DNA of 45,034 nt from an uncultured Flavobacteriaceae bacterium (GCA_964474345.1 CAYYSK010000001.1:6955-51988); one strand, 5' to 3'. Positions 17,616-26,914 are shown, counted from the first letter of the stretch. Notes: a model not told the origin generated them from the sequence alone. Translations and numbers: made by a program.

Positions 17616-20402
17616 ATGGAAGAATCAGAACAAGAATTAACAGGACCAGGAGGAGAAGGATCAGTAGAGTCAACTCCTGAAGATCTACATGATCCAATAG
17701 ACGTAGGACCTGGTTTTCCTCAAGATGAAGATTTGATTGACAATACAATTTTGGCACCAGAAGAAGTATCGTTAAAATCAAAAGATACATTAAAAAGTTA
17801 TTTTGAACGAGGCGATATCCCTACAGAACTGCAATTTTCAGATTTAATTAATGCTTTTAGGCATATCAGTGATGGTCATACGATTGCAGATGTTACTACA
17901 GAAATCAATGGAAGTATACATATTACCTTATCTGACGGTACAACAATTACTATTTCACCTCCGATATCAGATGATTTTGTGCCTAAAACAGGAGGGGATT
18001 TTGAAGGAAAAGTAACTGCTCCTCAAATGGATATTACAGATACTTTGGAAGTAAAAGGAGATATCATTGGTCGAAATATTGATGGCGGACCCCCTTCTAA
18101 GCTTCTTAAATTTGAAGGTCTATACTTAGGTCATATATCTACACCTTCTAGTTTTGGGACAGATATAAATCACTCTATCAGATCAAGATATGGAAATGAG
18201 TGGAAGAATAAAGACAGTATCACTATAAACTCAGCAAATCATATACGACTTAATATAGACTCTAACAATAATCAACAATCCAGGTTTGAAATTGGCGGAG
18301 GCACTTCAGGAATAGATAATGTTATTTTTTCGGTAGATGAGTTTGGGAATACCAATTCAAAAGGATATATAAGTATAGGAGAGAGACGAGTTGCTACAGA
18401 ACAATGGGTAAATACTCAAGGATTCTTTAAAGGCGCTCCTGATAATTTTATATCTAAAAATGGGGGAGTGTTTTCAGGCTCTGTTGGAATTGGAGGCCCT
18501 GCAACAGATAAAGCACTCCATACTTATGGAAGTCAGATACGTATAGAAACGCCTCATGGATATGGAAGCCTTGGCGCTGAGACTCCTGATGCTTTCCATT
18601 TTGAAACAAATTTACCTCTAATATGGCTAGGGAGTAATGTGCGATCTTATGGTAATATTGGAGTTTTAGGGAAAAATACGTTCATGCGTTTTAGTGATGG
18701 CGCTATTTTAGAGAATAACCAACGCGTTGCCACACAAAATTGGATAAATGAGCAAGATTTTATAAAAGATGACGTTGTTACTCCTTTTGTTAGAAAAGGA
18801 GTAAATGAAAACAATGCTTTTAACGGTGATTATTTAATTTTTAATTATAATACAGTCTCCGATGTAGATGCCATCAGTTTTAACCCCAATACTAATGGAT
18901 TTTATTTTAACGCAGCCAGAGGTAAGAATAAAACACATGCAAATGCAAGTATTTATGTTAATAAAGTAATTGCTTTTAACGACCTTTCTACTGCAAAAAG
19001 CGTTCATGCTGCAGGTAACATGTATGCAGGAGCTGGTAGTGGTAAAGGCTCATATTATGGAGGAGATAAAGAGATTATTAAGTTTAGTGATGGATGGTTA
19101 CGGTTAAATCCTTCTACAACTTCGGCTTCTAGATTTAATAGTGGTATCTACTGTAGTACAAGTAAATTAAGAACCGATGGTCAATTTGAAATAGGTTCTG
19201 AAGGGAGTAAGTTTAAAGTAACTTCGGGTGGTACTGTAACCGCTTCTGGAAACTTTAGTACTTCTGGTAATGATAAAGGATATCGTTTTTATAATTCTGA
19301 TAAATTTAAGATCTATATGACAACTACCGCAAATGGAGGTAGAGTTAATGGAGAAACTACTTCTGATTTTAATATGTATTTTAAAATATTAAATAATGGA
19401 GGAGTTAATAGGGGATTTATTTTTAAAACAGAGTCAGGTAATGTAGCGGGAATAGATGGCGCAGGAAATGGTAGATTTAAAGGAAGAATCATTGCTTTTG
19501 ATAATATTTCTACAGCAACTAATTTAAATGCCGGAGGAGATATCAACGCAAATCAAAATATCAGAGGAAGAATCGCTTCTGGTGTTGCTTCTAAATTAGT
19601 AAAATTTGAAGGCTTGTATTTTGGGTGGGTTCCTGGAACTACTGATTTTGGGTCTAAAAAAGAACATTGTATACGATCATCTTATGGAGATGAAACAACT
19701 GATAGAGATAGTATTACTATAAACTCTTACAACCATATACGACTCAATATAGATTCTAATAATAATAATGTCAGTAAATTTGAAATAGGTGGAGGGACTA
19801 CTGGAATTGGAAATGTTCTTTTTTCGGTAAATGAAAATGGAGAGACACGCTCAAGTGGAAATATCTATGCTAATGGATCTGCATATTTTGGAGATGGGAA
19901 GGAAATTATTAGATTTACTGATAGTTGGTTACGGTTAAATCCAAGGACCGATTTACTCGGTTTTACTAGTGGTATTTATTGCGGGCATAGTATATTAAGA
20001 ACGGATGGTCAACTGGAAGTAGGAAGTGGAGGAAGTAAGTTTAAAGTAACTTCTAGTGGTACTGTAACTGCTGCAGGTAATATTACTGGAATGTCTGACA
20101 GAAAACTCAAAGAAGCCATACAGCCTGTAAAAGAGAGTGTTCTAGATAAAATAGACCAACTCAAACCCATTTATTATCATTGGAAAGACAAAGCCAAAGA
20201 TCAAGCCAGGCAATTAGGGTTTATTGCACAAGATGTAAAAGAAGTATTTCCGGAATGGGTGCATGAAAATGAGGAATATTACAGTATGTCTTATGACAAG
20301 ATGGGAGCTGTTTTAGCAGTAAAAGGGATACAAGAGCTTCATGAAGAGATTAAATCATTAAGAAAAGAATTAAAAATACTAAAAGATAGTATTATCAAGT
20401 AG
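17616..20402 (+). CDS. Tail-fibre protein with C-terminal peptidase S74 intramolecular chaperone
   Basis: C-terminal SDRKLKEAI...GFIAQDV...PEWV...SYDKM...KGIQEL plus coiled coil; Gly-rich beta-fibre repeats (FVPKTGGDFEG); N-terminal LKSYFERGDIPTELQFSDLI motif. Confidence 0.9.
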   Translation: MEESEQELTGPGGEGSVESTPEDLHDPIDVGPGFPQDEDLIDNTILAPEEVSLKSKDTLKSYFERGDIPTELQFSDLINAFRHISDGHTIADVTTEINGSIHITLSDGTTITISPPISDDFVPKTGGDFEGKVTAPQMDITDTLEVKGDIIGRNIDGGPPSKLLKFEGLYLGHISTPSSFGTDINHSIRSRYGNEWKNKDSITINSANHIRLNIDSNNNQQSRFEIGGGTSGIDNVIFSVDEFGNTNSKGYISIGERRVATEQWVNTQGFFKGAPDNFISKNGGVFSGSVGIGGPATDKALHTYGSQIRIETPHGYGSLGAETPDAFHFETNLPLIWLGSNVRSYGNIGVLGKNTFMRFSDGAILENNQRVATQNWINEQDFIKDDVVTPFVRKGVNENNAFNGDYLIFNYNTVSDVDAISFNPNTNGFYFNAARGKNKTHANASIYVNKVIAFNDLSTAKSVHAAGNMYAGAGSGKGSYYGGDKEIIKFSDGWLRLNPSTTSASRFNSGIYCSTSKLRTDGQFEIGSEGSKFKVTSGGTVTASGNFSTSGNDKGYRFYNSDKFKIYMTTTANGGRVNGETTSDFNMYFKILNNGGVNRGFIFKTESGNVAGIDGAGNGRFKGRIIAFDNISTATNLNAGGDINANQNIRGRIASGVASKLVKFEGLYFGWVPGTTDFGSKKEHCIRSSYGDETTDRDSITINSYNHIRLNIDSNNNNVSKFEIGGGTTGIGNVLFSVNENGETRSSGNIYANGSAYFGDGKEIIRFTDSWLRLNPRTDLLGFTSGIYCGHSILRTDGQLEVGSGGSKFKVTSSGTVTAAGNITGMSDRKLKEAIQPVKESVLDKIDQLKPIYYHWKDKAKDQARQLGFIAQDVKEVFPEWVHENEEYYSMSYDKMGAVLAVKGIQELHEEIKSLRKELKILKDSIIK
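18096..20081 (+). repeat. Internal module duplications in the tail fibre gene
   Basis: Module A at 18096-18347 and 19590-19841 (84 codons each; DSITINSxNHIRLNIDSNNN shared). Module B at 19068-19253 and 19899-20081 (KEIIxFxDxWLRLNP...GSKFKVTS). Confidence 0.9.
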
Positions 20403-20788
20403 TAGTATAAGTGACATTAATCGTTAAAATTACAATAAATATGCTTGAGCTTTGAATCATTGAGGTTGTCACAATACTGTAAATCTTTTTGAAATCTAGT
20501 ATTTGAAAGAGTTTTGTGATTTGCCTCAAAATTAAATCCTTAGCTTAAATTACTTCTTGTTAATTAATCGAAGGTTTGAACTTTTCCCTAATCAAAATGA
20601 ATAAAATACTATTAAAGGATTAAGTACAATTATTGTCAACTTATATTTGATATAAATACATCATAAAATATTCAATATTAGAGTGTTATTTTGTTTTTTT
20701 GAAAATACGTAGAGAGTTAACTGAAGTCAAATCCTTAATTTTTTGTTAAAATCAATATTCGCATTTTATTATTTCTGATCTTGCGTTT

Positions 20789-21094
20789 ATGCATCAAAGG
20801 GTAATTACACATATTATTACTTTGCTATTTACAGTAGCATTCCTCGTTCCGAGGGTTGCAAACTTGCATGCAATGAATCATTTATCAGGAGATGATGATT
20901 CAATCTCTTGTGAGATCTGTGATGCTATATCTGTTTCTAACCAATTTGACCTGATTACTGGTGATATATTTCACTTTGAAAATAACTTGCAAAATATTCC
21001 AAGTTCATTTATAGTATACACCCAATATAGTACTCCAATAGAGAAAATTGCTTCGCCAATTTCTATTTACAACAAACCTCCACCTATTATCTAG
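20789..21094 (+). CDS. DUF2946-like small membrane protein or leader peptide (TM, His, CxxC, C-terminal KPPP)
   Basis: Hydrophobic N-terminus, HAMNH, CEIC at aa 41-44, ends NKPPPII. Confidence 0.7.
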   Translation: MHQRVITHIITLLFTVAFLVPRVANLHAMNHLSGDDDSISCEICDAISVSNQFDLITGDIFHFENNLQNIPSSFIVYTQYSTPIEKIASPISIYNKPPPII

Positions 21095-21141
21095 ACTACC
21101 GTCTCTATTTAATGAATTTGTCAAAATAAAGTGATTTGTGT

Positions 21142-21178
21142 TACTAATAATGTTCTCTATGTTAAAACATTATTAGTA
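21142..21178 (+). promoter_or_regulatory. 13-bp perfect hairpin between leader ORF 1 and the MerC-like gene
   Basis: TACTAATAATGTT (21142-21154) / AACATTATTAGTA (21166-21178), 11-nt loop. Function not determined. Confidence 0.5.
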
Positions 21179-21381
21179 CTTAAATCTATATTTTCTAGTA
21201 AAAAAAATAAAATTTTAGTGATTCCTGAAATTTTACTTACGTGTTTAAAATATTTATTTTATTAACGATCCAGATCAAATTTACTTAATAGAAACCTACT
21301 GGCTGATTACTATTTTCTGCCTTCTTTAATTAGATTTAAGTTACTACTATAATAGCTTTTTTAAATATTTAAACCATTTTA

Positions 21382-21822
21382 ATGAATAAAGTATTCAACC
21401 TTAAACCAAGGGCTAATATTTTAGGAGTTGCAGCTAGCTCTCTTTGTTTAGTGCACTGCTTAGCTACGCCACTTTTATTCACCATACATACAGGGCAATT
21501 ACATCATTCTCATTCTCATCCGTTCTGGTGGGGACTGATAGATATATTCTTTATTTTTATTTCTCTATTTGCAGTGCACTGGTCTACAAAGAATACTTCA
21601 AAAAATGGGATGAAATATGCATTATGGATTAGTTGGGTATTTCTAGCTACCATCATTATAAATGAAAAACTTGAGATATTGGAAATAAAAGAAGAGCTGA
21701 TTTATCTCCCCTCTATTTCTTTAGTATTACTACACCTTTATAATCGTACATATTGCCAATGTGTTGATGACAATTGTTGTACAAATACATCAAATACTAG
21801 TATAAAAACTAGTAAGAATTAA
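21382..21822 (+). CDS. MerC-domain membrane protein (His/Cys-rich, probable metal transporter)
   Basis: ILGVAASSLCLVHCLATPLL signature, four TM segments, HHSHSH loop, C-terminal CQC...CC. Confidence 0.85.
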   Translation: MNKVFNLKPRANILGVAASSLCLVHCLATPLLFTIHTGQLHHSHSHPFWWGLIDIFFIFISLFAVHWSTKNTSKNGMKYALWISWVFLATIIINEKLEILEIKEELIYLPSISLVLLHLYNRTYCQCVDDNCCTNTSNTSIKTSKN

Positions 21823-21824
21823 TC

Positions 21825-22145
21825 ATGAAAAATTGGGATAACATATTGGTAAGTATTTTAGGATTATACATCTTTATATTACCTCAATTGTTAGCTACTC
21901 ATACTAACTTTCATTTTTCTGACAATACATACGAAAAAGAACAGCAGGACGATAGTAATGATATCGCTGTAGATTCATACTGCTACATTTGCGATTTTTA
22001 TTTGGATCAGCAATTCTATTATGAAGGCCCATTTATACTAAGTTTACTTGAGAATACTATATGCAAAAGTAGTGATGACTTAAAGTTCTCTTTACAAAGA
22101 ACTGTATTTATACAGTTATATCTTCGCGGCCCTCCATTTTCATGA
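21825..22145 (+). CDS. DUF2946-like leader peptide (TM, His, CxxC, C-terminal RGPP)
   Basis: Hydrophobic N-terminus, HTNFH, CYIC at aa 53-56, ends LRGPPFS. Confidence 0.75.
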   Translation: MKNWDNILVSILGLYIFILPQLLATHTNFHFSDNTYEKEQQDDSNDIAVDSYCYICDFYLDQQFYYEGPFILSLLENTICKSSDDLKFSLQRTVFIQLYLRGPPFS

Positions 22146-22162
22146 CTTTCTTCATAGTAGTA

Positions 22163-22194
22163 GGCATTTAGAAATTTCGAATATTCTAGATGCC
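22163..22194 (+). promoter_or_regulatory. Hairpin just after leader ORF 2, upstream of the ABC ATPase
   Basis: GGCATTTAGAA / TTCTAGATGCC (11-bp stem with one G-U pair), starting 18 nt after the stop. Confidence 0.45.
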
Positions 22195-22250
22195 AACACT
22201 GGATTTTACTTAAAGACTTTTATAGTCAATAACTTTTTATACTTCAAAAC

Positions 22251-22946
22251 ATGCTTGAAGCGAGAAATCTTACCAAAATGTATGGTAAACGCCAAGCACT
22301 TAATCAGTTGAATTTATCAGTTGATAAGGGCGAAATTTTTTGTTTACTTGGTCAAAACGGCGCAGGTAAAACAACAACAATTAATTTATTTTTAGGTTTA
22401 ATTGCATCTACTAGTGGAGAAGCAATGATAAATGGTATTACTGTTAAACCAAACAATAATAAAACCACTAAAATGATTGCTTATATCCCAGAGGTAGTTC
22501 AGCTATATGGAAATCTTTCGGGTATTGAAAATCTTAACTTCTTTAGCAGGTTAGCAAGGTTTAAGTACACTACCTCTGAGTTGTCTAATTTTTTATTAAA
22601 AGCAGGACTTCAAGAGACTGCTCATCAAAATAAATTATCTTCTTATTCTAAGGGAATGCGACAAAAAGTAGGTATTGCTATCGCACTCTCTAAAAATGCA
22701 GAGTACATTTTTATGGATGAACCTATCTCAGGTTTAGACCCTAAAGCAACCTTAGAATTCACTGAAATTTGTAAAGAATTAAGTAATGAAGGAAAAGCCA
22801 TTTTTATGGCTACTCACGACATTTTTAATGCAGTAAACGTGGGAACTAAAATTGGTATTATGAAAGAAGGGCAATTAGTTCATACCTCAAGCACTGAGAT
22901 CATTAATGCTACCGAATTACAAAATCTATATTTAAAAACTATCTAA
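22251..22946 (+). CDS. ABC transporter ATP-binding protein
   Basis: Walker A GQNGAGKTT, signature YSKGMRQK, Walker B FMDEP, H-loop MATHD. Confidence 0.95.
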   Translation: MLEARNLTKMYGKRQALNQLNLSVDKGEIFCLLGQNGAGKTTTINLFLGLIASTSGEAMINGITVKPNNNKTTKMIAYIPEVVQLYGNLSGIENLNFFSRLARFKYTTSELSNFLLKAGLQETAHQNKLSSYSKGMRQKVGIAIALSKNAEYIFMDEPISGLDPKATLEFTEICKELSNEGKAIFMATHDIFNAVNVGTKIGIMKEGQLVHTSSTEIINATELQNLYLKTI

Positions 22947-22969
22947 ACGTAAATAAACCATTCAAAACA

Positions 22970-25459
22970 ATGAATATTTTTAAATCATTATCCACTCTAT
23001 TGTTGGTATTAATTAGCTGTGCTTCTTTTGCACAAGTTCAAGTAACAGGTACCATCGTCGACAATCAAGATACTCCAATAATTGGAGCTACAATTTCACT
23101 AAAGAACGCCACAAATACTTTTGGTAAACTAACCGATGATTCTGGGAAATTTGAAATAAATGCACCTTACGGAAATTACAACCTTGAAGTACGGTATTTA
23201 GGATTTCAAATCTATAAACAGAGTATCGAAATTAGTAACGATACAACCCTTGATATTGGTACCATTCAATTAGAAGAAAATACAGAACAATTACAAACTG
23301 TAGAAGTCATTGGTCGAGCAAGGACTGACTACACTAGTGATTACTCTTTTTCTTCCACTAAATCAGCAATTAAGAATAAAGAATTACCACAAGCTATTTC
23401 TACAATTACAAAAGAGTTATTTCAGGATAAGCAAGCTTTTCAAATCGCAGATGCCATAAGTACAGCAAGTAGTGTTAATCATACTGGTTTTTATAATCAC
23501 TTTAGTATAAGAGGTTTAATAAAAGTAGAAGATGGTCAAGTTCTTAATGGTTTAAGAACGCGTCAGTTTTATTTCTTACAACCTATTACTTCTCACATTG
23601 AGCGAGCAGAAATAATTAAGGGCCCATCTTCAATAACATTTTCTAGTTCAGATCCAGGAGGAACGGTTAATTTAGTGACTAAAAAACCCCTGAATGAAAA
23701 AAGGAGAGAAGTTACTGCAACTGTAGGGAGTTTTGGAACCTTACGAGCTACAGGAGATTTTACAGGACCCTTAAATGAGTCTGGAACTTTACTATACCGT
23801 TTTAATGCAGCTGTGCAAGAGGCTAGATCTTTCCGTGATCTTGTGGAAAATAATCAGTTATTATTAACACCATCTATCACATTTAAACCCAATAATTCTA
23901 CAGCACTAAATGTAGAAATTATTTATAGTAGTGGTAGAGGAAATCTAGATCGTGGTCAACCAATTTTTGCAGATGATAATGGTAATTTTGATGTAAATAG
24001 TACATCTATTTCTACAAACGTAGCAGCAGTCAATGATTTTTATAATTCTGATGAGTTTATAGTAACTGGTAATTTTAATAAACAAATTACAGATAACACA
24101 GGATTTAATGCTTCTTATATGAAGCAAACTTGGCGAGAAGGTCTTGCAGAACATCGTTTTGCTGGATTTGCTGTAGATATAGAAGGAAATAGAATATCTC
24201 CATCTCTAGCAGAATTGCGTTATACAGAAAGACAACAATTCTGGATTACAGATAACTACAATGCTTATTTTAATTTTGACTTTATTGGTGATGATATAAC
24301 TAACAAATTACTTGTAGGGTATGATGGTAGCCGATGGGAGCGTACCATAGGAGGGGCTTCTAATAGTGCTCGCCGTTATAGACGATTAAATGGAACGGCA
24401 ACTTCATTCAATCCTGATGAAGCAGATCAATTTGAAACTATAGAAATAGATGGAGTACTCGCTCCTAGACCTAATGTAGACCACTTAGACCTTGCAAATC
24501 CTAATAATACAGCAAGAGTTACTACTAATTACATTACCTCAGAATTTGCTATTCCAGCTAACCTTACCACATCAAATAGTTTTTATGTTCAAAATCAATT
24601 TAAAACAGGTAAATTTTCAGCCTTAGTAAATCTTCGCCTTGACTTTTTTGAAGATATTTTTAATTATCAATCTGATAATGAAACTATTACTGATAACACA
24701 GCTCTTTTACCTAGAATAGGGCTTACGTATGAAGCTACAGATAATGTTAGTGTTTATGCTTCTTATATAGAAGGTTTCCAGCCTCAAGCTAATTTATTTA
24801 GTTTGTCACCAGTTAATGGGAATTTTTTCTTTGGAGCTCCATTACCATCTAATTTTGACCCCTTACGAAGTAATAATGTAGAGATTGGTACTAAAGCAAA
24901 TTTTTTAAATGGAAAAATTACTATGAATGCAGCGATTTATTCCATTACTCAAAAAAACTTGTTACTACAGGATCCAAATGAAGATTTTGTTTTCACACAA
25001 AGAGGTGAGCAACGAAGTAATGGTTTTGAATGGGATGTTACAGGACATTTATTGCCAAACTTTCAAATTAGCGCATCGTATGCATTTACAGATGCAGAAA
25101 TTAAAGAAGATGAAGACCCAACATTAATTGGTCAACGTATAGGTGGAACTTCAGAGCATAGTGCTAATTTTTGGGGTAAATATGATTTTAAAGAAGGTAC
25201 TTTAAGAAATTTTGGAGTAGGTTTAGGTGCAGAATACCGTAGTGATAGTTTCTCTTGGTTTGCAAACCGTGTATTATTGCCATCGTATACAGTTTTTGAT
25301 GCAGCTGCTTACTATCGTCCATCTGGAGGAGATATACAAATCTCATTAAAACTTAATAATGTTTTAAATGACAGATTTTTTGATGGTGCGCTTAGCGCGG
25401 GTAGACTTTTCCCTGGAGCACCTAGAAATGTACTATTAACTACTTCTTATAAATTTTAA
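22970..25459 (+). CDS. TonB-dependent receptor (siderophore/metal type) with N-terminal CarboxypepD_reg-like domain
   Basis: Signal peptide, VTGTIVD...PIIGATI, plug IERAEIIKGPSS...PGGTVNLVTKKP, C-terminal PGAPRN...SYKF. Confidence 0.95.
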   Translation: MNIFKSLSTLLLVLISCASFAQVQVTGTIVDNQDTPIIGATISLKNATNTFGKLTDDSGKFEINAPYGNYNLEVRYLGFQIYKQSIEISNDTTLDIGTIQLEENTEQLQTVEVIGRARTDYTSDYSFSSTKSAIKNKELPQAISTITKELFQDKQAFQIADAISTASSVNHTGFYNHFSIRGLIKVEDGQVLNGLRTRQFYFLQPITSHIERAEIIKGPSSITFSSSDPGGTVNLVTKKPLNEKRREVTATVGSFGTLRATGDFTGPLNESGTLLYRFNAAVQEARSFRDLVENNQLLLTPSITFKPNNSTALNVEIIYSSGRGNLDRGQPIFADDNGNFDVNSTSISTNVAAVNDFYNSDEFIVTGNFNKQITDNTGFNASYMKQTWREGLAEHRFAGFAVDIEGNRISPSLAELRYTERQQFWITDNYNAYFNFDFIGDDITNKLLVGYDGSRWERTIGGASNSARRYRRLNGTATSFNPDEADQFETIEIDGVLAPRPNVDHLDLANPNNTARVTTNYITSEFAIPANLTTSNSFYVQNQFKTGKFSALVNLRLDFFEDIFNYQSDNETITDNTALLPRIGLTYEATDNVSVYASYIEGFQPQANLFSLSPVNGNFFFGAPLPSNFDPLRSNNVEIGTKANFLNGKITMNAAIYSITQKNLLLQDPNEDFVFTQRGEQRSNGFEWDVTGHLLPNFQISASYAFTDAEIKEDEDPTLIGQRIGGTSEHSANFWGKYDFKEGTLRNFGVGLGAEYRSDSFSWFANRVLLPSYTVFDAAAYYRPSGGDIQISLKLNNVLNDRFFDGALSAGRLFPGAPRNVLLTTSYKF

Positions 25460-25462
25460 GAG

Positions 25463-26914
25463 ATGAGTTGGGCAAATATCCAATTATTCGCAATGAATTT
25501 TTGGCGTAATGCAACTACGCCTAAAACTTTTTATCTGCTATACTTGATTTTTATACTACTAACAGCTTATGCGGCTGTTAGTGGTATAAAAAACTATACC
25601 ACTCAAAATAATATTCGACAAGAACATCAAGTCAAAGCTAGGCAAAGTTGGGAAGCAAATCCTGATAAGCATCCGCATAGAATGGCGCATTTTGGGACTT
25701 TTGCTTTTCGCGAAAGCTCACCTTTAGTATTATTTGATTATGGATTAGAAAATTTTACTGGAAATACAGTGTTTTTAGAAGCACATCAACAAAATAGCGT
25801 GAATTTCTCTGAAGCTACATTTTCTACAGGTACTTTGAGATTTGGAGAATTAAGTCTAGCGCTATTACTTCAACTAGTACTACCATTGATACTATTTTTT
25901 GTAGGATTCTCAAGTGTCGCAGCAGATAAGCAAAATGGTACGCTAAAGATGTTATTGTCTCAAGGCGCTACTTGGAAAGATATTTTATTTGGAAAATCTT
26001 TTGGACTCTTTGGAATAGCTATGCTCTTTTATATTCCTATCATTTTAGTGGTCATAGTTGCACTTTTAACACTAGGAGGTCAAGTAACAAATGACTTTAA
26101 TTGGTTTCGATTATTATTATTAGGTTTTGGTTATTTAGCCTTCTTATATATTATTTCTGCTTTAACAATCGTGGTGTCAGCCAGTAGTCGTACTTCAAAA
26201 AATGCACTACTACGATTATTAGGTATATGGTTGTTAATGGTTGTATTGTTGCCAAAATCTGCTCAAGCAATGGGTAATTATTGGTTTCCTACTCCTACCA
26301 AGTTAGCTTTTCAATCTGCTATTGAGAAAGAAATCATTCAAAAAGGAGATAGTCATAATCCAGATGATCCTCACTATAACAACATGCGTGACTCCGTATT
26401 GACGACTCATAATGTGAGTAAAGTAACTGATTTACCTTTTAATTATGCTGGTTTTGTAATGAAAGAAGGTGAGAAAATCTCATCTACTTTATATAAAAAA
26501 CATCATGAGGACTTGGTAAATATCTATAAAGCTCAAAATAATGTTACTCGGTTCTCATCCTATATGAATCCGTTTACAGCTATTAAGCAGTTATCTATGA
26601 CAATGGCGGGAACGGGATTTTCTTCTTATGTGGATTTTCAAAAGCAAGCAGATGACTATCGTTATCAAATGTCTCAAACAATGAATGAATTACAAATGGA
26701 ATATATCAGCCCAAAAAAGGAAAGCGGTTCTGAAGGAAAAACCCATATCGTAGATCATGAGCATTGGGAAGAATTTTCAGATTTTAGCCATAAATCAATT
26801 GCCTTTAGCATTTCAATTAAAGAAGTATTTCCAGCATTGACTTCTATGCTATTATGGACATTTTTTGTTGTCTGGTTACTCTTATTCACTTCAAAAAAAG
26901 CAAAAGCGATATGA
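25463..26914 (+). CDS. ABC-2 type permease with DUF3526-like domain
   Basis: Multiple TM segments, DKQNGTLKMLLSQG, His motifs DKHPHRMAHFG and DSHNPDDPH. Confidence 0.85.
   Translation: MSWANIQLFAMNFWRNATTPKTFYLLYLIFILLTAYAAVSGIKNYTTQNNIRQEHQVKARQSWEANPDKHPHRMAHFGTFAFRESSPLVLFDYGLENFTGNTVFLEAHQQNSVNFSEATFSTGTLRFGELSLALLLQLVLPLILFFVGFSSVAADKQNGTLKMLLSQGATWKDILFGKSFGLFGIAMLFYIPIILVVIVALLTLGGQVTNDFNWFRLLLLGFGYLAFLYIISALTIVVSASSRTSKNALLRLLGIWLLMVVLLPKSAQAMGNYWFPTPTKLAFQSAIEKEIIQKGDSHNPDDPHYNNMRDSVLTTHNVSKVTDLPFNYAGFVMKEGEKISSTLYKKHHEDLVNIYKAQNNVTRFSSYMNPFTAIKQLSMTMAGTGFSSYVDFQKQADDYRYQMSQTMNELQMEYISPKKESGSEGKTHIVDHEHWEEFSDFSHKSIAFSISIKEVFPALTSMLLWTFFVVWLLLFTSKKAKAI
25703..25717. repeat. Near-copy of the palindrome (GCTTTTCGCGAAAGC, one extra T; in CDS, encodes AFRES)
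   Basis: Read from the sequence; core TTTCGCGAAAGC intact. Confidence 0.6.

Noticed and set aside
18096-20081. Tail-fibre duplications as a DGR template/variable repeat or an invertible cassette
   Set aside because: Both copies are in-frame in one gene, differences are not adenine-specific, and no reverse transcriptase or invertase is present.
8093-20402. Prophage, tailocin or canonical eCIS
   Set aside because: No recognisable capsid, terminase, portal, sheath, tube, baseplate, spike, AAA ATPase or lysis genes in the window.
20460-20529. Imperfect inverted repeat after the fibre gene as a terminator
   Set aside because: Many mismatches, a long loop and no clear U-tract; too weak to call.
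21382-21822. Mercury resistance locus
   Set aside because: No merA, merR, merP or merT; context and His-rich loops point to nutrient-metal handling.
26854-26910. Upstream start for the second permease given in the ORF track
   Set aside because: It overlaps the previous gene by 61 bp; ATG 26911 gives a standard ATGA coupling.
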